A stretch of DNA of 64,000 nucleotides from Tubiluchus corallicola (Eukaryota; Animalia; Priapulida). Positions 1-13,300 of the stretch are shown piece by piece; within the stretch, counting starts at the first letter, position 1; every line of letters starts with the position of its first letter. The notes under the pieces were generated by a model. That model ran no database searches. It was not told where the DNA came from and worked only from the letters and a program-made list of their open reading frames with translations. Made by a program: the position numbers and the translations under genes. Location: contig JAQGDQ010000017.1 in NCBI GenBank assembly GCA_030141605.1, forward strand, positions 372,001 through 436,000. The letters are read 5' to 3'.

Positions 1-1416
1 CCTCACCCAAACATTGTCATAACTTCTTTAACTAGGCCCGCTGTTAAACATTGAATCCTGGCTTGATAATGGATAAAAAATAACACAGAATAAAACATAA
101 CAAATTATATTAAGTTGTCGACTTACCTTTAATTTACATTATTTAATACAAGTGCGACTTTCACATGCAATGATATTCCAAGATAACAAATTAACAGATT
201 GAGAAGATCACTCTAAATTAATCTAGGTCTCAACATCCTAGTTTTTTAACACATCTGACAGAGTTTACAGAGAAAAACAGCACATATATAAGCAGCATAA
301 TATATACACAACGTAAAGGGCTAAAATCAAGAAATGCATAAGCACTTTTTTACAAACTTTCATCTGGGGCAGATTAAGAGTTTCACGAGCTTTAAGCTAT
401 CAAAAAAACAAAAGGCCCATACGTATAAGCTACGCACAACTCTACATCCAATTATACTTCACTGCTAGTGCTGGTCCTGAAATTTATTCACATGGGAAAA
501 TTTGAGCACAAAACTGCATTATAAAAATAAAATATCAGACTAGTGCTTAGGTCAGATTGCAATCAACTTCTTAGAAACGATTATAAATGTTATGAACTTT
601 GTCTTCCATTTTTATATAGACTTACCAAGAGTTCTTGTCATTACTCGTGACGAATAGAAATCATTTTGTTTGTCATTGATTTTTGCATGGGTTACTCAAG
701 AAGCGAGTTGCTGTTTATCATTGAGGTTACTTCTGATGAGGAAATGTTGGACAACGAGAGATACGATGCGCATGTCTAAATGTCCTACACTTACAAGTTT
801 CAAGTTCTTGTGTCTAAATGGCCTATTTGTCCAAATGACCTAAGCCGGATGTTCAAATGTGGGTTTATTTTGTTTACAATATAGGCTCAGTCACTCAAGT
901 GCTTACTGGCAATACACACACACACAAAAAATAAATATTCTTGTCTTTCACGTGTTCAGTTTAAATAATTTTGTTATCCTGTATAGCATTATCTCTGTTT
1001 TAATTGGTCATCAGCCTCAGGATTTCATGGGCCTATCAAAATTTAGGGTCTAAGGCTATAGCTTTATTAGCCTAATGATTATAGTTCACCTGACCTTGGC
1101 TTTCGTTTGCATTTTTCCGCAGCAATTTCATATGCGTTACGATCCCAATATGGTACTAATACATAAGATTAATGGTAACAGTAAACTGAACATGTAGCTA
1201 TACAGTTAAAAACTTGTGTAATAAAAACATTGCCAAAATATTTTATGACTGCACAGAAAGAAAAACTATTCTCACCAGTATACAATCAAATGTAAAGGCT
1301 TAAAACAAAGACAGGTAGAATAATACGGACATATAAAATGACAAAATAAATAGAAGATCTGAAAATAACATAATTCATTACACCTGATGCTTTACAAAAC
1401 CAACGACTTTGCCAGG

Positions 1417-4400
1417 TCAGTTGTAATCCGGTTCACATTCGGAATGTGAACGCTTACGCCCACGCTTCCATTCCGTACCTGAATCGTCTTTTTCGGCAAG
1501 TGGAGCATCAAAAAACCGATAAAGTGGAGTCAACGTTTCACTTAGTGTATTTTCACTACTCTCGTGTCCTTGTAATTCAACCCGATCTTTACTTTTGTCA
1601 CCATCATTTGACATGTTTTCTTCAATGGACCCATCGTCCAGATCTTGATCACTTTCTAGTGCTTCTAGTAACTCAAGCTTGCTATCCAAATTCTCACTAT
1701 CACCATCACTGTCACTGGTGTCACTATTATCGAGGCTGATTCTGGCTCTGGCTTCCTGCACAAAATCTGGCAGATTGTCTTCATCATCATCATCATCTTC
1801 TCGGTGGATGAGCACAGTTGCATGAGTGGCAATAAAATTGTGAGGACTATTGTCTAGAGTTCCATCATGACGGGTTCTATAAGCGCTGAATCTAACTTTT
1901 GTACCAATCTCAAGTTGCGACAACGGCATCTGAGTCAGTAAATGAGCAGGCACTTTTACCCGGGATTCAACTCCTTGTTCCGACTTGTAATATAGGAAAG
2001 CATGTTTCGAAAAAATGTTTGACACGTATCCAGTCTGGTTAAGTATGCTGGGTGCTTTGTTTGATTTTGGATTACATCCAGCAGGAGCCTTCCGCAGCGA
2101 AAATTTGGGCACATTGACTTTTGTCGCCACATACGCAGAGCCGACATATGAATTTTTTGGGTGGGGGTCTGCATCAAATATTAATTTTTCACTGGGAGAT
2201 ATTATTTCTTTCAAACAGAAATTCTTCGGTATTTTGGGAAAAAGCTCATTTCTTGTGAACGTGACAACCCAGTCGTTCCCGGTCTCGGGAACCAGAACGC
2301 CTGTCCTCCTGTACACCCGTGACACAACTCCTGTAGTGTTAATGAGTGGCTTTCGAGGGCCGACACTTTTCCACACGCGCACGATGCACGGGATATCAGA
2401 TGAAGATATATACTGGAGCTGGAGGTCAACGCGTTCATCTTTCTGCAGGAATTGGGGCACTTTCTTACACTTACCTCTGGGTCTACCTTCTAGATGACAC
2501 CTCCAAAACTTGAGCGCTTTGCCAGCTTCCTTATGGCCTTCTGTGTCTATCACAGCTATGCCAAAATGACCACGCATCTCTTGGATATAACCCGAGCAAT
2601 CTTGTCGTATGTCCGATGGTTTTGGAACAATAGTGTTTTTGCGACTATTGTCTCTGACTGGTTGTGCTTGCACCTGAGAAATATTTTGGTCTTTTTCCTG
2701 GCATTCAAGCTCTACATTGTCAGCTTGACCAGACTGTTCCTCTTCCAGTTTGGCATCTTCATTTGACAAACCTATGAAAAAAGTCATTTTCAAATGCATG
2801 GTGAGGTTTTTTGTAGTTCATTCACAATTTGTCATACAAATATTTTATTTTTAAGCACTTAATTTTTTGTTTACTATACCTAACATATCTATCATTAGAA
2901 TGAACTTGTTTAAGATGCACCTCAACAAGCATATTGAAAAATAATCTGTGCAAATAAAGCACAATAAAGAATCTGCACAAATTCTGTGTAAAAAGGCTGA
3001 AGTGTATTGATATTATGCAGTAAAAAGTTAATGTGTCAGCTTATTTCTGGAAAGCAATTCTTTATTTATGCTAATATAACACTGGTAATTCTAAATAATA
3101 ATTTTTGTTCAATTATTATAACAGCACAAGTGTTTATAGCTGGAAAAGAAGTAGCTGAACACTATAATTAGTTGACACCTACCCATTTCATTCTCGAGTA
3201 TTTCTTCGTCACTGGCAGATTTCTTTCTTTCTGCACTTTCTTTTGTATCATCATCATTAACCTGGGTTTGTTCATAACTAGTTCTTGTGATTCCACATAC
3301 TTTGCTAAAGTGCAGGTTGCGAGGTAAAAAGAACGATCCGTTTGTCCTCATGTCTGGCGTCGTTGGTGCAAGGTGTCTGTGCTGCGGCAGCGTATACTCA
3401 TGCCTGTTCACTGTGCTTTTACACAACTGCATTGATTGGTTTATTAAGTGTGAAAGTATTGGGTTCACTAAAGGAAATGAAGGTCGAGCAACAGTAACAA
3501 GATGTGGCATCTGTGGATTAGGAACCGCCTGATTAGGTATTCCTTGTTCGTAAGATGGCAACAAGTGACTAGAATTACCATTAGTATAACACGAGGGAAC
3601 ACTAGATGTCATCAAATTGCTTGGAGCATCAACATGTAAGTCCATCAGAGCTGGGCAATCAGCATTTGATAAACCTTTTGAGCTTCTGCTATTAGAATGT
3701 TGAGGAACTAACACTGATGATTGATTTGTGTTTGGCAAGTTAGATGTCGGGTACCAGTGCAGAGGTTTATCACACACTTCTGTCCTGCTACCTTCATCCT
3801 GTAGAACAGAAGCTTCTACACACGATGTGGTATCATCCAATGAGGGGCAGTTACCAAGAAGACCTGCACAAGCTTGGTTACTGCTATCTTCATTGGGCTC
3901 CACAAAAATGTTTGCTGTGTTTGGCGATGGACAAGGCCCTAAAAGGCCTACACGTGGCCAGCTATTCCTGCCATCTTTGTGACTCATAAATTTAATTGTT
4001 GGTGTCATTGTAACAGATGGAGAACAAGTCCTAGATGGTGACAACATGCTATCTGAAGGACATGTCCCAAGTAAGCCTGTGCGGGTTACTTTATTAAAAT
4101 CACTTACAGTTGAAGTCTCAGTTGATAACATTACGTTGTCCGATGGACATGTTCCGAGTAAACCTGTGCGCATTGGTTTATTACCGTCACTCATATTTGA
4201 CAATAAAGGAGGCAAAATTTCTCTGTCCAGGTGACATATTTCTAAAAGCCTTGTACACATCCCTTTCTCACTGTCACTCACTGTGGACAGTAAGGGTGCT
4301 GTCATTACCTTGTCTGATGGACATGTTCCAAGTAAGCCTGGTTTATTACTGTTACCCACAGTGGATGACAATGGTGGTGACCCTGTACTGTCCGATGGAC

Positions 4401-4899
4401 ATGTTCCGAGTAATCCTGTACGTGTTGTTCTATTACTGTCACTTACAGTGGATGTTAAGGTTGATGGCATTAAACTGTCCGATGGACATGCTCCGAGGAG
4501 GCCGGAACGTGCAGTTTTCATATCGTCACTCATTGTGGAAGTCAAAGATGACAACAACAAACTGTCTGTTGGACAAGTTCCGAGTATACCTGTTCGTGTC
4601 ATAGTATTAGAGTTACTTAGAGGGGAAGTTATAGCTGATGACGACATAATTTTGCCTGTTGATGGGCATGTTCCAAGGAGGCCTGTGCGTGTTGTCTTGT
4701 TATTGTTATTTATAGTTGAAGAACTTACAGGTGACGAGGTAATTTCGCCTGACGATGGACATGTTCCAAGAAGACCCGTGCGTGTTGTTTTACCACTGCC
4801 AGCGACAAAGCCAGTTTGTGAATCTAGGTAATCACGAAGGTTCTGTAACCTTGTCACTATTGATGGATTTACGTTTAAACCCGATGTCCAGTCCATCAT
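1417..4899 (-). CDS. Uncharacterised ~1023-aa protein: N-terminal array of G[LI]LGxCP repeats, three putative OB-fold/cold-shock-like domains, acidic tail and basic NLS-like end; join(4899..3183, 2771..1417)
   Basis: ORFs 3109..4944 and 1417..2799 join in frame across a phase-1 intron (donor G|GTAGGT at 3182, acceptor TTTTTCATAG| at 2772), giving ENEM-G-LSNED. The first ATG is at 4899, with an in-frame TGA at 4951-4953. A 5'UTR acceptor (TCTGTTTTTATAG) lies at ~4962. The stop is TGA at 1417. The C-terminus has DDDDDED and KRGRKR. Confidence 0.8.
3844..4790 (-). repeat. Coding tandem repeat, ~78-93 bp units (mostly 87 bp/29 aa), core TRTGLLGTCPSD
   Basis: GATGGACATGTTCC recurs on the + strand. 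The translation has 10 exact G[LI]LGxCP units and one degenerate unit (RLLEICH). Confidence 0.9.
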
Positions 4900-5432
4900 G
4901 CCAAATTTTTGCTGATTGATGTTACATTTTCCTCTGGTTATCACAATAGCTCACCACTCAACTATAAAAACAGAAGACCTTACAATTAACTAGGCCTGAA
5001 TACTACAAGATTATTAACTTTGAATGGCATTTGATTTCATACATCCTGTGCAACTTTGTTATATCATATATTATAAGCACTCAAAGGCTATGAAATTTGT
5101 CGCCAATTCCTAACTCTACGATTAAAGGTACCCGTTTACTAACATTACTTATTTTACATTTTAATGTGAGTTGCAGCCTTCCTCACCCTTGTACGAAAGT
5201 CATAGAACAATACACTCTATGCTGCGTGCATAGTTGCATGAGGCTTAATAGAAATATGAGTACAGCCAATGTGACTCACTTTTACATAACGTTGCATAAG
5301 AAATTGACATTCTTCAAGCAAACACAATGCATAGCTTAACCAATTTTTATTTACTTATTCCAAACACAAATTTCTTCCTTTTTGTCTCAAATAAACACAG
5401 ATGTATGAAAAACAAGTGAATTGAACTGATTT

Positions 5433-5840
5433 CATCATCATCATCATCCAATGAATCACACGTCCAGTGACATGATTCTGCTCACCTCCCTATGCCAGAA
5501 CTCCCTGCTCGCCTCAATGCCCCAAGTACATTTATTTCTAAGGTCGAATGCTGAAGTGTTTAAATCTTTCTGTACAAAAACTAAATATGTTAACATTTGT
5601 TTTCCTACGGGTTTTTAGCTGGTTCTATGGCTTGTTGAAGAGCTATCTTCACTGGAATATTATCAGGTAGTCTAAACATATGGCCAATCCATCTTAAACA
5701 GCGTCTTTTTATTTTTCTTGTCCAAGGTTCTTCTTCTATTTTTTCATATAGATCTTTGTTTGAAATTTTCTTTGGCCATCTAATACCCAAAATGTTTCTG
5801 TAATTTCACCTTTGAAACGCATCGATTTACTGATTTACAC
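5433..5840 (-). mobile_element. 5'-truncated non-LTR retrotransposon (RTE-like LINE 3' end)
   Basis: ORF 5605..5790 (IRWPKKISN..LRWIGHMFRLP) resembles the RTE-clade region C-terminal to RT. (GAT)n tail at 5433-5448. 11-bp TSD TGAACTGATTT at 5422-5432 and 5841-5851. Confidence 0.8.
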
Positions 5841-6605
5841 TGAACTGATTTACAAAATCCCCATCAAAGCCAATAAGGGAAACTTTCGTGCACACTAACA
5901 AAATCGTAAAACACGAGACGCGGCGAGAGTCTGCGAGAGAACTTAAAAGGCGTGACCATGGCGTGATGTTTGTCCGTCATCATTAATCCATTCATTCGCA
6001 GAATAAGGCCTACTCGCTTGTGAACAGGAAGCAGGACCGATTTGGTTACGGTGATATTACTTACATAGTTAATCGGCTATAAAATCTGCAACCGCATCTT
6101 CAGTTAGTCAAGTAGCTCTGGTGGCTGCTAAAAAGTGTTTATAATTGTAACCTAATTTCATGGTACAGGTAAGTTTAATTCGACTGTATTCATATTGAAT
6201 TGAAAAAATTTTTCTCCATGGAATTACAAAATCTACTTCCAAACATTTGCATAAATATCAATTGTCAGGCGCCATATACTACTGCAGGGCGGTTTTATGT
6301 CGGCTTAATTTTGTCCTATAACGCTGTGTTTTTTAATTTTTAATATTTTAATCACAAAATCAGCTCCTAACATCTGTCTTTTTTAGGGCTTGGTTAGTTC
6401 TGACATTACTTCCTTCAATTTATCTGTATTGTCAACATACAAATCGTCAATCGTAACGTTACTTGCTGCCCATTCTTTCTTCCAGTTTTTCACTTGTTAT
6501 TAAATGTTCAGTAGTGTCTCTGTAGGGCGCAGAGTACGCCGCTAGCCAAAGTACACTTCCGCTAAAGCGCTATGGGCTAAATTTGCAGAAAAGCAGCGTC
6601 ATACA

Positions 6606-7240
6606 TGGGCAGCCGAAGTAGAGCATTGGTGATTTCTGTCGAGATTCGATAATTATGACAGAATAAATTTGTTGTAGAAAGAAAGTAACTTTATGATAAC
6701 GATGGATAATCCTTGACAATTTACTAATGTATTTTTTACAATAATATCATCATTATTATTAGCTCCATTAATATCATCATAACATTAAACTAAGTGTCTA
6801 ATGCTTTAAAGAGAGAAACTGTGTAGTGCACATAGCTCACTAGCCCGTTTACTTAGTAGAAAACAATTATTTGTCGAAGAGGTAATGAAACTGACCACCT
6901 GTCTGTGAAGTGAGACAAAATAAAAAATGACATACTTCAAGAATATGTTGGAATCGCCTAGAAAGCGGGCTTCTTTCACTTCAAAAAGACTAATATCAAA
7001 GCCAAATTTAATATTTGGTCGTTCTACTAGCTGAGAATAAGATTCGTTCATTTTATCAGATATATAATAAACTATTCAAGGTGTATGGACGTTTTTAACT
7101 ATTATTATTAAATAAACAAGGACAACGGACGCTGCCAGTACGGTTAACGACTCAATTTGTGACCTGTCTTTAATGTCCTACTTGGACTAGCCCATGTACA
7201 GCAATTGTCCTACTTTGGCTAGTGTTCTACTTCGCTCCCA
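6606..7240. mobile_element. Possible degenerate DNA-transposon/MITE
   Basis: Imperfect inverted ends TGGGCAGCCGAAGTAGAGCA / TGTTCTACTTCGCTCCCA, with repeated subterminal TGTCCTACTT motifs. No clear TSD. Confidence 0.3.
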
Positions 7241-8578
7241 ATAGTCTTGACTGTTTTCACGTAATGAGTAATTGACATCTTCTTTAAACATATTTTTATA
7301 ATTTGCTTTAACTGTGCGTAATTTTGTTAACTGTTTTTTCTATACATTGTACAACACATTTCATTGGTTTACCCTAGGTCGACAATAAAATATCTTCTGT
7401 TTCTATATCGCACACCTGGCCGATATCCCTAGGCCTATAGTTGGAATTTGACCCATGTCATTCCTTTGTTTTCTTATTAACATGCCTAATATCTCATACG
7501 TGCCATCTTGGCCGTTCCTGCCTTCCAGATCTTGCTCTATCATGTTCTCTGTGTGTATAGGGTGACATATATACCTTACCCTCTTATATTACATGTTTAT
7601 GGTAAAGTAGCAAACACACATTTAATTTATCCACATTTTGCTAACTTCGCTTTTTGATGGAATTTTTGCACAAATCAGAATTAATATCAAGGAAATTCAT
7701 CAGCAGCAGTGGCTTATCCAGGATTGCAAAATAGGGAGTTCCAAATCTGAACAGCCCCTGAAACCAACGCGTTTCCTGCATTTTAACTCTTTTTGAGGCC
7801 AATTTTGTCAACAAAAAATGAATTCTGCATGTCTAAATTTTTAAAATTTTGAATTTTCACATGGTCTTTATATTGCCTTTTAATATTTTGCCATAAACAA
7901 CTTTTGTGTTTTGACACCTTAGAGCTGCAGCTATATCAAAATCTCCTGGAGTATCTGTAGACTTACATAGGCCTACCATCAGAGCCAGTACACTAGGCCT
8001 TCTTAGTCATTTTCTACTAATAAGTAAATTATAAACTGCGAAAACATTAAACATGCTTAGTTTTCTATTTTTGCTATCTGAGACAAGTTAATTGTGACTG
8101 GTACATCGTATCATACAAGTAACAAGGTAGAGCCGAAAATAGCTGAACGTAATTTTTTTTAAAAACTAGTAGTGGGGTTGTCACATTTACTGCCCGTTTA
8201 AAGAGATCCTTTAGTTTAGTCATTCTAAACGGTTATCGATTTTTTTAAATGATATACAGTTCCCTTTAATTTGCTTCTGAAATGATGTAACTGTAATTAA
8301 TAAACTCACTAAGAGAATGTACAGTGATAAGCTTACTTTGCTCGTGAAAATATTTTTTTTAAAATATATTTTTATCTAATGCTTAGCAAACTGTAACTAA
8401 GGTGGGACTGAAGGATTAACTAGTAGGAAAATGATAAATAGTCTGTCATTAGAGGCTGTCACAGTGAAATTAATGACTACTGATTACCTTTCTAACCTTT
8501 TGGTTACCCGCATAAAGTTATGCATTTGGGAGCTTGAAGAGTACATTTTGAAACTGAGGGAAACGTTAGCATAAACGG

Positions 8579-8940
8579 TGTTGTGGAGATCGCTGGCATC
8601 AATTAGAATTGCGCAGAACATCGTAGAATGTTCCGTTGGAATGACCGCACTACCGTCTGGATTGTTCTCGAACATTTGTTCTGGAAGTTTCTACAGCGTG
8701 CTATATAAGGCGGAGCAGGCTACCGACACGGGATCGCACACAGATCAAACACGGACTTATACTTATGCATTTATTTGTATACTTACTTAAACGTTTTCCA
8801 GATTTTCACGTTTATTGTAATCATTTCGACATTCCTTCATACTCTTGTGTTATAGAATTCTCGCTAAATAAAGTAGTAATATTTAACGGCATGTTTTCTG
8901 GTTTTCTCTACTAGCTTTACTAGAGAAACAAAACACAACA
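8579..8940 (+). mobile_element. Solo LTR (362 bp) of an LTR retrotransposon
   Basis: TGTTGTG...CACAACA terminal inverted repeat; exact 5-bp TSD AACGG (8574-8578, 8941-8945); internal TATATAA (8702) and AATAAA (8867) in U3-R-U5 order. Confidence 0.88.
8605..8708 (+). promoter_or_regulatory. Heat-shock-element array plus TATA box within the solo LTR
   Basis: Perfect three-unit HSE gTTCt-gGAAg-tTTCt at 8678-8692. Further nGAAn/nTTCn units at 8605-8634 (10-bp phased) and 8664-8673. TATATAA at 8702-8708. Confidence 0.65.
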
Positions 8941-10318
8941 AACGGCTTTGAGTAATAGATGCGATATACACTGAGGTTGCATCACCCAGCATTTCATTAT
9001 GTATCTAACCTTCTTAATTTTATTGTGTGACAGGGAAATTCTACATTAAAATCTCCGTTCCACTGCCTGTCAGTGTAGCAAACATCTTGATGTTATAACA
9101 TACGTTTCGTAAGCAATGACTACATACAAGCGAATGCACTTCAATGCAGGGTACAATATTCTGTTTTTTAAACACTTAAAGCTATGCGTATATGTTGTCC
9201 TTACTGATTTATTCAACAGCTATTGGATGGCATATGCTGTTCTAAATAAACGAGTGCAGACTTGTGTCTAAAAGTGTAACAGCAAACACAGTGTAAACAG
9301 TCTTGTGTAACAGCAAACAAACCTAAATTTGGCAATTGCATGGACACATTCCTATGATTGCTACACGTTTGCTGCTTGTAACAAATTAATTGCTTTGACA
9401 GCTATGACTGCTAATTTTCAGTGTGCTGTTACTATCATCTGAAATGCTACAGTCTGCTGAAGGTGATTCATAGTTTAAAACTTTAACCATTCCTATGTGT
9501 AAATACTAATTTGCTTTATTTATACTATGACTTTACTCACGTACAAGTTGCTTGAAGTGCCTAGAACTTGGGATAAAATGAGGTCTTGTTGCCAAGTTCA
9601 TCAACACAAAGGCTGCATTAGCATGTATCATTCAAAAATTATCCACGCACATACAATGGACTCAAAATATAGTATTCATGTATTCAGTATGCAATTTAAT
9701 TAAGTATATTATAAGCTCAGCCTTGGCTGTTACTACCACAATTAAAAAAATAATCAAACTAAACCTACCAAACAAAGCTCATATTACTTACGTTTTTTCT
9801 TAGCAATATACACAATTAGTCATGTATATCATGTCGTTTACGCATTATAGCTGATGGTGTTATATTGTATCCATGTAACGCCAAGATTTTAGCATTAAAT
9901 GTTAAATTATTAACTGATTTTTACATTGTTGCAAAATACAAAGTAAGTTAATTTGGAATCATATAGGTCTAACACACTGTAGGGTGAACATTTTTATTTC
10001 ATGTACCTAAACAGCAACTCAGCTATTTAAAAGACAGGTCTGTTTTGGCAATTAAGCACCGCTATCAGGGATAGCTAGCGGAATTAGCATAGGTGTTTGG
10101 AAAGTAGGTCTTGAGTTCAAGTCACAGAGTAGGTGCAAAGTATTTCAAACTTTTTAGTTTAGTATTGCTTTCATGAATTTGCTATATGGTTAAGAATAAG
10201 AGTACTGGCTGTTAATTATAATAATATTTTTTTCAGTACTTATGTTATTTTCTTTTGTTTATAGGTACATCACTGAAGCCCTTCTGCACAGGAAACAACA
10301 GAAAACCACACAGACACG

Positions 10319-13300
10319 ATGATTACAATCAGTACAATTGTTGTGCCATTCGTGGTGTTTCTAGCTCTCCATGCTGGAATAACAGTTGTCTCGCAAGATG
10401 ATCCTGGTCACTGTGTGTGGTACGGTCAGTGCGGTCACGCTGCATCTAACAATTTGTCATTGAACTGTTTATACAATGGAACTGCAAAACCACTGACTGA
10501 CAAAAAAGCTATTGATTTGCTAGAAAAGTTATGCCCGCAGTATGCCAGTGATGATGTTCCTCGCACTTGTTGTGATTACAATCAGTTACAGACTCTCGAT
10601 GCTAACATGGCGTTACCGCGCCAGTTTTTCTTGAGGTGTCCGTCTTGTTTTGAAAACTTTTTGCATCTGTATTGTGCGCTGACATGTAACCCAGAGCACA
10701 GTCTCTATCTACATGTGAATAATAGTGAACAGTTAGCAAATTCTACGAAAAGAGCTATTACCGCTCTAGATTTTGCAGTATCAATTGACTTTTCACATGG
10801 ATTGTTTAACTCTTGCAAAGACGTTCAGTATCCAGGCAACAATCAAAAAGCAATTACATTGTTCTGTGGAAAGGCGGCCGATCAGTGTACACCACAAGAT
10901 TGGCTAAACTATATGGGTGACATAAATAATCAAAAAACGCCTTTTCAAATTAATTTTAATTTGACCGATTCGCCAGTGTTTTTTAATGATTCTTCTGAGC
11001 CGCTATACCCAATGAATGACAGCATCACACCTTGTAGTATGAGCAGCAGTAACGACACTCAGCCCTGCAGTTGTTTAGATTGTGAGTCGGCCTGTGCGCC
11101 TATGCCGCCGCCTATCCCTCCCCCACAGCCATGGACTATTTTCAACATTGACGGCGTCTCCTTCATAATGGCATGTTGCTTTGTTGTATTTCTCATTTTG
11201 TTTTTACCATATTCTATCTTTTTGCTAATAAAGAATGGCCGACACTCTTCTGGGTTAATTACGGAAAACGAGCTGAGCTGCTGCTCGAGTATAAATTCAA
11301 CTGCTGTCGTGGAAGAGAAGCCTAGCTGCTCTGAGAAATTGACAGCAGCGTTTGAGAAAGTACTCCGGAATGTGTTCGTCCGATGCGGTATATTTTGTGC
11401 TCGACATCCAGTAACGGTTATTCTTGCCGGTTGCATAGTTGCCGCTGCGCTTTCCTGTGGGATTATTATGATGCAGGTTACAACGGATCCTGTTGAACTT
11501 TGGGCTCAGAAGGAAAGTACAGCTCGGAAACAGAAGGACTACTATGATACCCATTTCATGCCCTTCTTCCGCACAGAGCAAATGATAATAACCGTTAATA
11601 ATGCGACTCCTGTTCAACACGATTATTACCCAATGGGTTCACAACAGTTTGGACCAGTATTCCATAAGGATATCTTACATCAGGTATTATCACTACAGCT
11701 TTATCTAGAACAAATGCCTGTGTATGTTGACAGTTTGAAACGTAACATCACACTGCACGACATCTGCTTTGCACCATTGCGGCCAGATAATACTAACTGT
11801 ACGATACAAAGTGTTTTGCAGTACTATCAGAATGATCACGACACGTTGGACAAGAAGGCTACGGATCCCGAAATGCATGTCTTTGTTGTAGCTGATTACA
11901 TTGACCACTTCATGTCCTGTGCAAGCGATCCTGCTGCCATCGCTGATATGACGGCTCTACATACTCCTTGTTTGGGAACATTTGGTGGTCCAGTTTCTCC
12001 TTGGGTGGTGCTCGGTGGATACCCTGATTTTGAGTATGGCAATGCCACTGCTTTGGTTATATCCTTCATCGTTGAAAACCGCCATAATGACAATGAGTTT
12101 CTTGAGAAGGCACTGGCTTGGGAGAAAGCATATATTTCTTACTTGAAATCTTATAGAAATGAAAACATTACCATTGCTTATTCTTCAGAGCGCTCAATTG
12201 AGGATGAGATAGAGAGGGAGAGCAATTCCGATGTTATCACTATACTTGTCAGCTACCTGATTATGTTTACCTATGTTTCTATAGCCCTAGGTCAAGTGGA
12301 CAACTGCTACAGGTTGCTGCTTGATATAAAAATTTCTCTTGGTCTCGGTGGTGTGCTGATCGTGCTCGTCTCTGTAACAGCTTCTGTAGGAACATACAGT
12401 TATGCGGGTATACCTGTTACTCTCATTATCATCGAGGTTGTCCCTTTTCTTGTATTGGCTGTTGGCGTTGACAATATCTTCATTCTTGTTCAGGCCTATC
12501 AGCGAAGTACAAGACGGAAAGGCGAACAACTTCCTGAGCATATTGGTAGAATAGTTGGTGAGGTGGGTCCCAGTATGTTGCTGTCTAGTCTGTCGGAGTG
12601 CACTGCATTTTTCATTGGTGCGATGTCTACTATGCCAGCTGTGAGAGCATTTTCACTTTATGCAGCGCTAGCTGTGTTATTCGATTTCTTACTACAAATA
12701 ACTTGCTTTGTAGGACTGTTAACATTAGATTCGAAGAGACACGAGAAGAATCGATTCGACGTGTGCTGTTGCATCGGCATCCGCGAGAAAGATAAAGAAC
12801 TAAAATCAATATCTGAATCTGAGCAGCAGAGCTGCCTCTACAAGTTTGTGAAACATTGTTATGCACCTGCCTTGCTTTGTAATTACCTTAGGCCTGTAGT
12901 GGTTACTGTTTTTGTGGGTTGGATCTTAGCATGTGGCGCACTGGTAAACAAGATTGAGATCGGGTTAGATCAGAAATTATCCATGCCAGAAGATTCGTTT
13001 GTGCTGACGTATTTTACTGCTATGGAAAAGTATCTGTCAGTCGGACCACCTGTTTATTTTGTCGTGTCCGATGGACTGGATTACACCACTCGACAGGGGC
13101 AAGACAAAATCTGTGGAGGAAATGGCTGTCCGGAAGATTCACTTTTAGGTCAGGTGTACGCCGCGCAGAGACAGCCAAATTCTACACACATTGCGCATCC
13201 AGCATCATCATGGCTGGATGATTACTTTGACTGGTCTGCAACCTCACCATGTTGCCAAGTTTATAACGGAACAGACAAATTCTGCAGTGCCGCAGTCGCT

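Noticed and set aside
733-745. CTGATGAGGAAA hammerhead-like core (similar CTGATGA at ~21768)
   Set aside because: No stem II or flanking stems.
546-846. Short inverted repeat GCTTAGGTCA/TGACCTAAGC with TGTCTAAATG subrepeats
   Set aside because: Possible transposon relic, but only a 10-bp match and no TSD.
3844-4790. CRISPR-like look of the regularly spaced GATGGACATGTTCC motif
   Set aside because: Eukaryotic coding repeat with homologous spacers, triplet-multiple periods and no cas genes.
4046-4831. Plus-strand repetitive ORFs (SDGHVPSKP units)
   Set aside because: Antisense shadows of the G[LI]LGxCP coding repeat; the minus frame is longer and splices in frame.
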